64,000 bases of DNA from Candidatus Poribacteria bacterium. GTDB lineage: Bacteria > Poribacteria > WGA-4E > B28-G17. Numbering within the stretch: the stretch's first letter is position 1; the number at the start of each line of letters is the position of its first letter. This document shows, one piece after another, positions 9,457-18,999 of the stretch. The notes below the pieces were generated by a model. It worked only from the letters and a program-made list of their open reading frames with translations. It had not been told where the DNA came from and made no database searches. The position numbers were made by a program, and so were the translations under genes. The stretch spans positions 3,064-67,063 of the forward strand of contig JAGGXZ010000185.1 of assembly GCA_021162805.1 (NCBI GenBank), given 5' to 3'.

Positions 9457-10518
9457 ATGAGGATACTTGAGAGATACATCCTAAGAGAATACCTCCGATA
9501 TTTCCTCATGAGCTTTGCCTTCTTCGTCGCCCTTGTGATCATCGTCCGACTGGGCGATAAGGAGATCGGCGAGTTGCTTTCAGGTGACAAGCCTGTGTGG
9601 GATGTGGTGAGAATGATCATCTATCGGGCCCCGGAGAGGGTGATGCAGGTTTTCCCCGCTGCCGGGCTGCTGGCGATATTCTTCACCTTCGGGAGGTTCA
9701 TCCAGACGAACGAACTTACGGCGATGAAGGCGACGGGTATGAGCTTTTATCGGATGATCCTGCCCCCACTTATAGCAACCCTAGGGATATGCATCTTGGC
9801 CGGATTCTTCAACGATCAGATCGCCTCACGCGCCAACAGAAGGGTCAGGGAGATAGAGGGGAGAAAAGCCTTCACGCGGGAGAGAAACGTCATCTTCAGG
9901 GCCAGCGAGGATAAGGTGTGTTATATTCAGAACCTCGATGTGGAACACCACGGTATGAAAAACATCTCGATCTACTCCTTCAACGGAGACCAGCTCATAA
10001 ACTCGATTTTCGCCCGAGCGGGAAAATGGGAGGGGGAGAGATGGACGCTTCTCGATGGATTGGAGAGAAGCTTCTCAAACGGCAGGGAGATCGAATCGAG
10101 AAAATTCGATCAGATGGATACGATCATCCGCGAAGACCCGTCGATCTTCGCCGCCTCGGGGATGAAGCCCAAGGAGCTGACGTATAGCGAGCTGGCGAGA
10201 TTAACCAGATATAAGCTGAGGGCCGGTCAGCCGGTGAGGATGGAGAGGGTTGAGCTGAATCACAAGATAGCCTATCCCTTTGCCACGTTTGTCGTCGTTT
10301 TGATCGGAGCGCCCCTGGCCATCTGGTTCGGCTCGGCGGGATTCGCGGCGGGGTTCCTGATAACGATGTTCGTCAACTTCATGTACTGGGGAATAGGTAT
10401 CGCTATGTTTGAGGCGATGGGACAGAACGGCGCCCTCCCACCTGCCCTCTCCTGTTGGGCTGCCAACCTCATATTTGCCGCTATAGGTTTGGCGTTATTG
10501 ATTAAGGTCAGGAAATGA
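9457..10518 (+). CDS. LptF/LptG family LPS export permease
   Basis: 'ILERYILREY', 'NELTAMKATGMS', 'KIAYPF', 'LPPALSCWAAN'. Confidence 0.88.
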   Translation: MRILERYILREYLRYFLMSFAFFVALVIIVRLGDKEIGELLSGDKPVWDVVRMIIYRAPERVMQVFPAAGLLAIFFTFGRFIQTNELTAMKATGMSFYRMILPPLIATLGICILAGFFNDQIASRANRRVREIEGRKAFTRERNVIFRASEDKVCYIQNLDVEHHGMKNISIYSFNGDQLINSIFARAGKWEGERWTLLDGLERSFSNGREIESRKFDQMDTIIREDPSIFAASGMKPKELTYSELARLTRYKLRAGQPVRMERVELNHKIAYPFATFVVVLIGAPLAIWFGSAGFAAGFLITMFVNFMYWGIGIAMFEAMGQNGALPPALSCWAANLIFAAIGLALLIKVRK

Positions 10519-10533
10519 AACCGTTGTGGGGAG

Positions 10534-11289
10534 GTGAAGATGATAACCAAGGCGGTCCTGACCGTCTCTGAATCAAAGAGGCTCATCGCCAAAGGCGTCG
10601 CTGCTCTGCCTTCGGTAAAAAGGGCGATGCGTAAAGGGATAATCGCCATCGGAAGGGGAACGACAAACGGATACGTGGTCGAGGAGATCCTGGGAACGAA
10701 GATCGAAAAACATCGCATGATAGCTGGCACAACCACCCCGGCCAAGGGCGAAAAACCGGCAGTGCTCTCCGAGCCGAAGATATCGGGATACGTCATCAAG
10801 GACGGGAAACCCGTCGAAGAGCTCGATCCGGCGACGGCCGTTAAAGAGCTGATGGGTCCGGGAGATGTCTTTATCAAAGGCGCAAATGCCCTAGACTATA
10901 AAAACAAGGTCGCCGGGATATTGATCCTTCATCCCACAGGCGGAACCATCGGGAACGCCATCGGCCATATCATCGCTCGGAGGATCGAACTGGTCATCCC
11001 TGTAGGGCTCGAGAAGCTGGTTTACGAGGATATACACAGGCTCAGCAGGATGGCCTCCAACCCTCAGACCGTGGGAAAGGTTCCAGCCCTTTTCCCTGTG
11101 AGCGGCACGATCGTCACCGAGATAGAGGCGCTTGAGATCTTGTGCGGTGTAAAGGCGACCCTTTACGCCGCGGGCGGAATAGCAGGAGCTGAAGGAGGAG
11201 TTTGGTTGCTGCTGGAGGGGACGGAGGAGGAGCTCGATAACGCCATGAAGCTGATCGAATCCGCTCAGGGCGAACCGCCCTTTGTATGA
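10534..11289 (+). CDS. Hypothetical protein (possible RpiA/CoA-transferase-like fold)
   Basis: 'GRGTTNGYV', 'FIKGANALD', 'PVGLEK'; SD GGAGG; fold call is a weak inference. Confidence 0.6.
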   Translation: MKMITKAVLTVSESKRLIAKGVAALPSVKRAMRKGIIAIGRGTTNGYVVEEILGTKIEKHRMIAGTTTPAKGEKPAVLSEPKISGYVIKDGKPVEELDPATAVKELMGPGDVFIKGANALDYKNKVAGILILHPTGGTIGNAIGHIIARRIELVIPVGLEKLVYEDIHRLSRMASNPQTVGKVPALFPVSGTIVTEIEALEILCGVKATLYAAGGIAGAEGGVWLLLEGTEEELDNAMKLIESAQGEPPFV

Positions 11290-11320
11290 AAGGCTACCCG
11301 CCTGTCCCGTCGATAAGAGG

Positions 11321-11350
11321 CGTAGCGCAGGCGTAAAGCCTGCGGCTACG
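11321..11350. repeat. GTAG-type REP palindrome between convergent genes
   Basis: CGTAGCGCAGGCGTAAAGCCTGCGGCTACG; near-identical half at 61459-61482. Confidence 0.8.
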
Positions 11351-11362
11351 GAAACATAGATC

Positions 11363-12133
11363 TTACTCGCCTGTGAACGCCCTGTAGAGCGCCACATACA
11401 TGGCCAATACCTTCTCAGGATCGGGACCGGTGTAGGCGGATTCGTTGGAGATGTATCCGTCAAAACCTATATCCTTGAGCTTGCGGAACATCCGTCTGTA
11501 AAACTCAAACGTCGATGAGTCTTCAACTCGATGGGTGTGAACCATCTTTATGTGGGGCGCTATCCGATCGTGGAACTCATCCACCGTCTCCAGCGTTACA
11601 TTCGGCCAGACGCAGTTGAAAACCACCCCCACGTTCGGCCTGTTCGCTATCGAGATCGCCTCCAAGGCCGGGTCGGGATCGGTGAAGCTGCCATGCATCT
11701 CTATGGAGACGGTTATCCCGTAATTTTGGGCATACTCCCCCAGTTCACCCAGACACCTGCCGACGTTTTCGACCACCTCGTCCCGGTTTTCCGGCGTGAA
11801 CCTGTCGCCGAGGACCCTGACATGCCCGCAGTTGAAGAAGTAAGCCATATCGATGACCCTTTTAACCTTCTCAACGCTCGCCCGTCTCTCCTCCTGGGAC
11901 GGATGATGGAACACCTGACAGCTTGTCAGCGATGCGAACTCCAGCCCTGCTTCCTCCATTTTCCTCTTAACCTCATCCCACCTCTCACGGGGCGTATCCC
12001 ACTCCAGTCCGTGTTTCTGATTGAAGTCCATGAGGAACTCTATCCCGTGATAACCGGTCTTTTTGGTGATCTCTATCAGGTAATCCAGATCCCAGTCCTG
12101 ACCGGTCCTATAGGTGTTAAGCGACCATTTCAT
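11363..12133 (-). CDS. Sugar phosphate isomerase/epimerase (xylose-isomerase-like TIM barrel)
   Basis: 'GYHGIEF', 'SIEMHG', 'GFDGYISNE'; paralogous N-terminus to 38256..39023. Confidence 0.82.
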   Translation of the reverse strand: MKWSLNTYRTGQDWDLDYLIEITKKTGYHGIEFLMDFNQKHGLEWDTPRERWDEVKRKMEEAGLEFASLTSCQVFHHPSQEERRASVEKVKRVIDMAYFFNCGHVRVLGDRFTPENRDEVVENVGRCLGELGEYAQNYGITVSIEMHGSFTDPDPALEAISIANRPNVGVVFNCVWPNVTLETVDEFHDRIAPHIKMVHTHRVEDSSTFEFYRRMFRKLKDIGFDGYISNESAYTGPDPEKVLAMYVALYRAFTGE

Positions 12134-12190
12134 CCTGACACCTCGCTTTGACTTCAAAGGGGACCGGTGGTCCCCATTTATGTTATGATT

Positions 12191-12928
12191 TTATCCCTTG
12201 GGTTCAATCGGTTCAAGCGGTTTGACGTTTCCGAAGGTGATCTTTTCAATGCCTGAGGGGGCGGCCCAACGGACGGCGTTGGCGATGACCTTCAGCACAT
12301 CCGGATGATGGTATATCGGATAGGTCTCATGTTCGGGACGGAAATAGAAGATCTTGCCCTTGCCCCTGTAGAAACAGCAGCCGCTACGGAACACCTCGCC
12401 TCCCTCGAACCAGCTTATGAAGACGAGCTCATCCGGCTGGGGTATATCAAACCGCTCGCCGTACATCTCGGCATGCTCGATCTCGATGTATTCGCCCAAC
12501 CCCTCGGCTATCGGATGGCCCGGCTCAACCACCCAGAGCCTCTCCTTTTCGCCGATCTCACGCCATTTGAGGTTGCACGTCGTTCCCATCAGCCTCCGGA
12601 AGATCTTGGAGAAATGGGCCGAATGCAGGACGATCAGCCCCATTCCGTTCAGCACACTCCCATGGACCTTATCCACCACCTCGTCACGAACCTCATGATG
12701 GGCCATATGTCCCCACCAGATGAGCACGTCGGTGTTTGCAAGCACCTCATCGGTTAGCCCGTGCTCCGGTTCATCCAGGGTCGCCGTTCTGACCTCGAAA
12801 CCGGGCTGAGAGCGGAGATAGGAGGCGATCGCCTCGTGCATGCCGTTAGGGTATATCTTCGCTATCCTCTCGTTTCTCCTCTCATGACGGAATTCGTTCC
12901 ACACCGTCACGCGGATCGCTTTTGCCAT
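12191..12928 (-). CDS. thuA: Trehalose utilization ThuA-family protein
   Basis: '[10 protein letters not shown]', 'LDEPEHGL', 'WWGHMAH', '[10 protein letters not shown]', 'GGEVFRSGC'. Confidence 0.88.
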   Translation of the reverse strand: MAKAIRVTVWNEFRHERRNERIAKIYPNGMHEAIASYLRSQPGFEVRTATLDEPEHGLTDEVLANTDVLIWWGHMAHHEVRDEVVDKVHGSVLNGMGLIVLHSAHFSKIFRRLMGTTCNLKWREIGEKERLWVVEPGHPIAEGLGEYIEIEHAEMYGERFDIPQPDELVFISWFEGGEVFRSGCCFYRGKGKIFYFRPEHETYPIYHHPDVLKVIANAVRWAAPSGIEKITFGNVKPLEPIEPKG

Positions 12929-13003
12929 ATCAACTCCTCCGATCAAGAGCTTGGCTTATTATAACTCACCATCACCTTGCTGTAAAGTAATCGCGAGTTG
13001 AAA

Positions 13004-13127
13004 TAGGGGTTTTCAGCGTTTTTCGCCGGCGCTGTAGTAGCGGTCCCCCGTGCCTGCCGGATTCGGAGGCACGCCCAGGGGAACGTCCTTACCACGCCTG
13101 ATTATGCCAAATCATTGAAAAGCCCTA
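13004..13127 (-). mobile_element. MITE-like element, family B, carrying a GTAG-REP doublet
   Basis: Ends TAGGGGTTTTCAGCG ... ATCATTGAAAAGCCCTA match, inverted, both ends of the element at 61273-61512; REP doublet at 13034-13092. Confidence 0.72.
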
Positions 13128-13183
13128 GAGTTGAAGCGGGATTTATGTATGATGGTATTAAACCTGTATAGTGTTTCGAAAGC

Positions 13184-13212
13184 TTGACATATGGGAGATA
13201 TAGTGGTATATT
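13184..13212 (+). promoter_or_regulatory. Sigma70-type promoter
   Basis: TTGACA-17 nt-TATATT just upstream of the CBM9-like gene. Confidence 0.7.
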
Positions 13213-13234
13213 ATTTGCAAACGGATATGAGGTG

Positions 13235-13969
13235 ATGGTGTTGAAAAAGTCAGCCGTAACCTCAACTTTCATACTGGTCTCGCTCCTGATTCTATTTCCG
13301 GTGTTGGGTTTTGCTCGTAGCTCTCCCTCCTCCGACGAGAAGGCGGGTAATCCGTTCATCTATCGGGCGAGAATGGTGGATATCGCCCCCGTGGTGGACG
13401 GCGTGCTCGACGATCCCGCATGGAAAGAAGCCGAAGAGGGAGAACTCGACTGGAACGCTACCGAGAGCAAACCCTGGAGAGAAAACGGGGATTTCAGAGG
13501 GAAATTCAAGGTCGTGTGGAAAGGAGGCACGTTGTATATAGCGCTAACTTTTGAGGATGATAGGGTTGAGATCGCAAGCGTTGATCTTTCCAAAAGGGAT
13601 AGCGTCGAGATCTATATAGATATGGATCGTTATGCCCGGAAAAGCCACGTTAACCGGTATACCGTGCCGTTCGGTGAAAGCAAACCGTTCGATAATATAG
13701 ATAGATTATACTCGGTGTGGAGTAACGACGGGACGGCCTTTGAGGCGAGCTTCACGCTCGACCGACCACCAACCCTGGGTGCGGTTATCGGCTTTGATAT
13801 ATGCTATAACGATGTGGACGGGGACAACAGAAAGCAGATCCGATGGACGGATGATCGATTGAACTATTCTCAGAAGCCGATGTTGGGCGATTTGGTCTTC
13901 GAAGGAATGGGCAGTCGAATCAACAAAAAGATGTCCACTACCTGGGGAAGGATCAAGAGCCTTTATTAA
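13235..13969 (+). CDS. Secreted CBM9/DOMON-like sugar-binding protein with C-terminal TTWGRIK motif
   Basis: Signal peptide, 'APVVDGVLDDPAW', 'DSVEIYID', 'IGFDICYND', ends 'KMSTTWGRIKSLY'. Confidence 0.8.
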   Translation: MVLKKSAVTSTFILVSLLILFPVLGFARSSPSSDEKAGNPFIYRARMVDIAPVVDGVLDDPAWKEAEEGELDWNATESKPWRENGDFRGKFKVVWKGGTLYIALTFEDDRVEIASVDLSKRDSVEIYIDMDRYARKSHVNRYTVPFGESKPFDNIDRLYSVWSNDGTAFEASFTLDRPPTLGAVIGFDICYNDVDGDNRKQIRWTDDRLNYSQKPMLGDLVFEGMGSRINKKMSTTWGRIKSLY

Positions 13970-13972
13970 ACC

Positions 13973-14000
13973 GTAGAGGCGAGGCATCGCCTCGCCTTTA
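13973..14000. repeat. GTAG-type REP hairpin between convergent genes
   Basis: GTAGAGGCGAGGC-ATC-GCCTCGCCTTTA. Confidence 0.72.
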
Positions 14001-14822
14001 TTCTCCTACCAGTTGTTCCAATACCTGAGCTACACCGTCATCGTCGTTTGACGGTGCTATCATAAAATCGCCTCTCTTTAACTCCCCGTGAGCGTTCCCC
14101 ATTACCACTCCTAATCCCGCGAATTCGAGCATCTCCAGATCGCTATAGTTATCGCCGAAGGCTATCACCTCCTCCCTCTTTATCCCGAACTTGCGGCAGA
14201 GAAACCTCAGGGGATAATCCTTGGCGACCTTACTCTCGGCGACCTCGACGAAAGCGAGTTGTCCCTCCTGTGGCACCTGCTTGAGCACCTTGGCCCTCCC
14301 CTCTAAACCCTCCCTCAGACGCTCGGTTACCTCATCCACTATGGATCTGTCCATCACCGACATCACCTCCAGAGCATCCCATCGGATCGCCTCCTCAAGC
14401 GATCGGACGATTCTGGCGTGCTCGCGGTTGTGCTCGATATATCCGACCAACCAATCAGCCTTCGGCTCCTCGACGAAGATCTCAGCGTAGTCCCCCGTCC
14501 CGCGATACACGATCGGTTCAACCCCGAACCGTTTGACGATCCTGACGGCATCCCTGGCCACGTCGGGTTTCAGGAATCGGCCTGTTATGAACTCCCCGTT
14601 TATCCTCTTGAGGAGCACCCCGTTATGCGCCGCTATCATGAGATCAACGCCGAGCTGCTCGACTATCGGTTTGGCCGAGCAGAACCTCCTGCCCGTGACG
14701 ATCACGATCATCGCCCCTTTCTCGGTTGCCTTCCGGATCGCCCTCTTCGTCCTCTCGCTGATCTGCGCCTTCGAATTCACCAGCGTCCCGTCCACATCGA
14801 TGGCTATAAGTTTATATTTCAC
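13998..14822 (-). CDS. Cof-type HAD-IIB hydrolase
   Basis: 'IDVDGTL', 'VTGR', 'FGDNYSDLEML', 'NDDDGVA'. Confidence 0.92.
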   Translation of the reverse strand: MKYKLIAIDVDGTLVNSKAQISERTKRAIRKATEKGAMIVIVTGRRFCSAKPIVEQLGVDLMIAAHNGVLLKRINGEFITGRFLKPDVARDAVRIVKRFGVEPIVYRGTGDYAEIFVEEPKADWLVGYIEHNREHARIVRSLEEAIRWDALEVMSVMDRSIVDEVTERLREGLEGRAKVLKQVPQEGQLAFVEVAESKVAKDYPLRFLCRKFGIKREEVIAFGDNYSDLEMLEFAGLGVVMGNAHGELKRGDFMIAPSNDDDGVAQVLEQLVGE

Positions 14823-16360
14823 CCGTGCAACCTCGCTACTATCTCGCTTACCCTGTCGAACTGCTCCTTAAGGGCGGGATAGAGCGCCCTATAGACCTGA
14901 TAGTATCGGTCGTATATGCCGACATTCTCAGGTATAGGCTGAGTGCGTGAGGTGACCCTTATGAGCTTGTCCGTCGCCTCCTCTATCGAGGAGTAAACCC
15001 CAGCTCCCACACCGGCTAAGATAGCCGCTCCGAAGGCAGGTCCTTCGGCTATGTTGATGGTGACCAGCTCCGTATTGTAGACATCGGCCTGGATCTGTCT
15101 CCATAGCTCGCTCCTCGCCCCGCCGCCCGTGGCGTAAACCTGCTCTATGGGCAAGCCGATCTCGCGGAATATCTCGAAGGAGTCCCGCATGCCGTATGTC
15201 ACCCCTTCGAGCACAGCGCGGATCATATGAGGCTTTCCGTGGCGCAGGGTGATGCCGAAGAAAACCCCTTTGGCGTTGGCGTCGCCGTGAGGTGTCCGCT
15301 CGCCCGTCAGATATGGCAGGAAGATGAGCCCTTCGCTTCCCACAGGCGCCTCGGCGGCCTTACGGGTCAAAATCTCGTAGGGATCAACCCCCTCACTCTG
15401 AGCTTCCTCTTTCTCCGAATCCCCAAGCGCATCGCGGAACCACCTGAACGCTCCGCCGGCCGATAGCATCACGCCCATGATATACCACTTGTTCGGAACG
15501 GAATGACAGAAGGTGTGGGTCCTCAGCTTGGGATCATATCTCACCTCGTCCATATGTGCCAGGACAACCCCTGATGTTCCGAGGCTGGCCGAGACCCTCC
15601 CCGATTTGACGATTCCGTTTCCCACGGCGCTACAGGTGTTGTCAGCTCCGCCGCCTACCACCGGCGTTCCCGCCTTCAACCCTGTCATCTCCGCCACCTC
15701 GGAGCTGATCCTGCCGCAGATATCTATCGATTCATAACAGGGCGGCATCATCTCAAACGGTATATCCAACCTTTCGAGTATCTCCCTCGACCAGCGGCGA
15801 TTTGGGACGTCGAAGAGTAAAGTGCCGGCCGCGTCCGAGACCTCGGTCGCTATCTCACCCGTCAGCCTGAACCTGACGTAATCCTTGGGCAACATCATCT
15901 TGTAAGCTTTTTCGAAGATCTGAGGCTCATTCTGACGAACCCATATGACCTTGGGAGCGGTGAACCCCTCGAGCGGCTGGTTACAGGTGATCCTGACCAG
16001 ATCCTCCATACCCACCTTTTCCCTGATATACCCACACTGCTCCGTCGTCCGGACATCGCACCAGAGTATCGCCGGCCGCAGGACGTTATGATCTTTATCC
16101 ACCAGAACTAACCCGTGCATCTGACCTGATAGGCCCAGTCCCTTGACATCTTCGGGATCGACCCCGGATCGATCCATCACCTCACGTATCGATTCGACCG
16201 TCGCCTTCCACCAATCTTCGGGGTCCTGTTCGGCCCATTTCGGGTAAGGGGTATGAAGCGGATACTCCTTGAAGGAGGAAGCCTTCAGATCGCCGTTCTC
16301 ATCGATGAGTATCGTCTTGGCGCCCGTCGTCCCCACGTCTATACCTATGAGATACCCCAT
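14819..16360 (-). CDS. xylB: Xylulokinase
   Basis: 'GIDVGTTG', 'GLSGQMHG', 'PAILWCD', 'PYLTGERTP', FGGY family. Confidence 0.9.
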   Translation of the reverse strand: MGYLIGIDVGTTGAKTILIDENGDLKASSFKEYPLHTPYPKWAEQDPEDWWKATVESIREVMDRSGVDPEDVKGLGLSGQMHGLVLVDKDHNVLRPAILWCDVRTTEQCGYIREKVGMEDLVRITCNQPLEGFTAPKVIWVRQNEPQIFEKAYKMMLPKDYVRFRLTGEIATEVSDAAGTLLFDVPNRRWSREILERLDIPFEMMPPCYESIDICGRISSEVAEMTGLKAGTPVVGGGADNTCSAVGNGIVKSGRVSASLGTSGVVLAHMDEVRYDPKLRTHTFCHSVPNKWYIMGVMLSAGGAFRWFRDALGDSEKEEAQSEGVDPYEILTRKAAEAPVGSEGLIFLPYLTGERTPHGDANAKGVFFGITLRHGKPHMIRAVLEGVTYGMRDSFEIFREIGLPIEQVYATGGGARSELWRQIQADVYNTELVTINIAEGPAFGAAILAGVGAGVYSSIEEATDKLIRVTSRTQPIPENVGIYDRYYQVYRALYPALKEQFDRVSEIVARLHG

Positions 16361-16429
16361 ATCTCCCTCCTATGCCGTTTCTCAGCGGTATCGAATTATA
16401 ACGTCAGCGTGTTTTAAGTGTCAATTCCT

Positions 16430-17590
16430 TCATCTATATCTCTCTATGGTCTCGAGCATCGCCTCTATGTTTTGTGGAGGCGTTCCCGGCATGATATAAT
16501 TCGAGACTCCGACTATCACCCTCCCATATCTTTGGGCGACATCAATGCAGGATAGAACCTCCTCGATGACCTGTTCTTTCGTTCCCCTATGCAGGGTGTG
16601 AGAGCTGATGTTGCCGATTAACGTGAGATCGGGGAACTCCTCCCTGAGCTTTTTCAGATCCATCCCCGCCCTACGATCTATCTCGTAATATCCGTCCACC
16701 CCCGACTCTCCGAACAGATCGTGGGCGACAGGCCATAGGTTCCCATCGCTCGCGAAAAGGTAGTACATTCCGAGCCTATGACACTCCTCAGTTATCCTCC
16801 TGAGGGCGGGCAGCATGATGTCATGAAAGACCTTCGGGGAGTAGAGGGGACCTTCGTTTGAAGCGAAATCCCCCCCGCCGAAGATCAATTTGACTCCCGA
16901 TGCGGCCAGCCGCGGCAACTGTCTCACCGCCCTTTCCGCCTGGACCTCGACGTACCGTTTGACCAGATCCGGCCTCAGAGCCACCGCCTCAAGCCAGATC
17001 TGATCATGCGGGATGCTTGCGCCTACGCCCCAGTTCCTGATGGCGTAATCTCCGTATCTGGCAAGCGTGGCCTGGATGGCGGGATCGGGACCTTCGGGCG
17101 GATGATATTCCTCTAACTCCCTCTCCTTCGAGGAGACGAACGCCTCCAGATCTCCCTCCGACATTCCCCTGACGGGGGATTCAACGATAGATTCCTTATA
17201 TCCCTCGATCCTGTGGAAGAGCTCGGTCTTCGGATCGAACTCCAATACATACCAGCTCCCCTCGAGATCTCCGAAGAGAAAGGTGTGCTCGTCGATCCTC
17301 CTGGTTGGCTTGATCCTCCATCTCCAGTATTGAAGCCGTATCATGTCGTGACCACACGCCAGTGCCACCTCCACGGCGTCCCTTTCGGATCTCTCCAGAA
17401 ACTCCCTATGGGCCTCGGGACCCTCCCACAGGGCCTTCATCTCGCGCCATTGCTGTATCTGTCCCCCCACGTAGGCCTCCCTGCCGAGGATCACCGAGGC
17501 AGCATATCCGGAAAATCCGATGTGATGGACGGGGACCCTGTCGGTGGATCTACCCTCAAAGGTGGCCAGTATCCTCTCCCTTGGCTTCAT
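16430..17590 (-). CDS. Uroporphyrinogen decarboxylase-like (URO-D/CIMS) protein
   Basis: 'MKPRERILA...DRVP', 'DFASNEGPLYSP', 'SDGNL', 'LIGNI', 'PGTPPQNI'; ATGA-coupled to the sulfatase. Confidence 0.8.
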   Translation of the reverse strand: MKPRERILATFEGRSTDRVPVHHIGFSGYAASVILGREAYVGGQIQQWREMKALWEGPEAHREFLERSERDAVEVALACGHDMIRLQYWRWRIKPTRRIDEHTFLFGDLEGSWYVLEFDPKTELFHRIEGYKESIVESPVRGMSEGDLEAFVSSKERELEEYHPPEGPDPAIQATLARYGDYAIRNWGVGASIPHDQIWLEAVALRPDLVKRYVEVQAERAVRQLPRLAASGVKLIFGGGDFASNEGPLYSPKVFHDIMLPALRRITEECHRLGMYYLFASDGNLWPVAHDLFGESGVDGYYEIDRRAGMDLKKLREEFPDLTLIGNISSHTLHRGTKEQVIEEVLSCIDVAQRYGRVIVGVSNYIMPGTPPQNIEAMLETIERYR

Positions 17591-18999
17591 CGCATCTCTC
17601 CCACCGAGGCGTCGAACACCTTCCAGAAGCTCTGTCCCTGTTCCCGCGTATCCCCGTAATCCTCCAGCCATCCCCTTCTCAGTTCCCTTCGGAGGCGTAC
17701 GAGGGTCTCAGCGTATCGGGGATCATCAGCCAAGTTCGTTGTCTCGCGCGGGTCGTTCGCGAGATCGAAGAGCTGAGTTTTGACGTGCACGCCACCAACG
17801 ACATATTCGATCAGCTTATACCGCCGATCTCGGACGCCGCGGTGTAGCCCCTCATAGGCGAAGTGCAGGTATTGGCGGATCGGCTCGGAGGGATTTTTAA
17901 GGGCCGGTACGAGGCTTTTACCCTCGACGGTGTCGGGTATCTCGATCCCCAGAAGATCGCATAGGGTCGGGAAGATATCCAGCAGATAGGCGAAAGCCTC
18001 CCGTCTCTCATTCTGGGGTATGCCCGGCCCGGTGAAGATCAAGGGGACGTGAACGCTGTGGTCGTAGACGCTTTGTTTGCCCATCAGCCCGTGTTGTCCG
18101 ACGGCCAATCCGTTATCGCCGGAGAAGAGGATTATGGTGTTCTCCAGCAGACCTAATTCTTCAAGTTTATCGATCACGCGTCCGATGGCGTCATCCAGGT
18201 GGCTGATCATGGCGTAGTATTCGGCGATATGACGGCGGATCTCCCTCTCGGTTCTTGGGAATCCGGCGAGCAGCTCATCACGCCCCCTCAGCCAGCCGTT
18301 ATCGAAAGGATGTTCGGGCATGAAGTTTTCGGGAAGCTTTATCGCTTCGGGATCATACATCCTCAAAAATCTTTCGGGCATGCTGCGCGGGTCATGTGGT
18401 GCCATGAACGAGAGGTAAGCGAAGAAGGGCCTATCGCCCTCATACCTCTCCAGAAAGTCGATGGTCGCATCGGCAAACAGATCGGAGGAGTGTTTGCCCG
18501 CTTTGATGTGATCGCAGAGCCACCACGTGACCTTGTTGCTCCTTGCGGGGTTTTCGATCTTCGGCTTAGGCTTATATTCGCCCGTCGGGTCGTAATCACA
18601 GGCGGGCACGTTCCAGTGATCGGACATCCCGCCGAAGAAGATCTCAGCACCGGCGTTGAAGCTCCGGGCATATGATCGCGTGCCGTTATGCCATTTGCCG
18701 GTGCCGAACGAGATATAACCTTCTCTCTGCAGGAGCTCGCCCAGAAGGATATGCTCTTCGGGGATGTTCTGTCCCTGCCGTTCGATGTGATAAAGCGTGC
18801 GGCCTGTGTGCAACATGGCGCGGCTGGGCATGCATACCGCACCGCAGGAGCCGCCCATGATATAGGCGTTGGTGAAGACCGTGCCCCGTTCAACCAGCCG
18901 ATCGAGGTTGGGTGTGAGGATCTCAGGGTTGTTGAGGGCATGGATCGTATCGAAGCGCTGATCATCGGCGAAGAAGAAAACGATATTAGGCCTGTCCAT
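17587..18999 (-). CDS. Sulfatase (S1)
   Basis: 'PNIVFFFADDQR', 'CMPSR', 'GKWH', 'GDNG...HGLMGKQ'. Confidence 0.9.
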   Translation of the reverse strand: MDRPNIVFFFADDQRFDTIHALNNPEILTPNLDRLVERGTVFTNAYIMGGSCGAVCMPSRAMLHTGRTLYHIERQGQNIPEEHILLGELLQREGYISFGTGKWHNGTRSYARSFNAGAEIFFGGMSDHWNVPACDYDPTGEYKPKPKIENPARSNKVTWWLCDHIKAGKHSSDLFADATIDFLERYEGDRPFFAYLSFMAPHDPRSMPERFLRMYDPEAIKLPENFMPEHPFDNGWLRGRDELLAGFPRTEREIRRHIAEYYAMISHLDDAIGRVIDKLEELGLLENTIILFSGDNGLAVGQHGLMGKQSVYDHSVHVPLIFTGPGIPQNERREAFAYLLDIFPTLCDLLGIEIPDTVEGKSLVPALKNPSEPIRQYLHFAYEGLHRGVRDRRYKLIEYVVGGVHVKTQLFDLANDPRETTNLADDPRYAETLVRLRRELRRGWLEDYGDTREQGQSFWKVFDASVGEMR

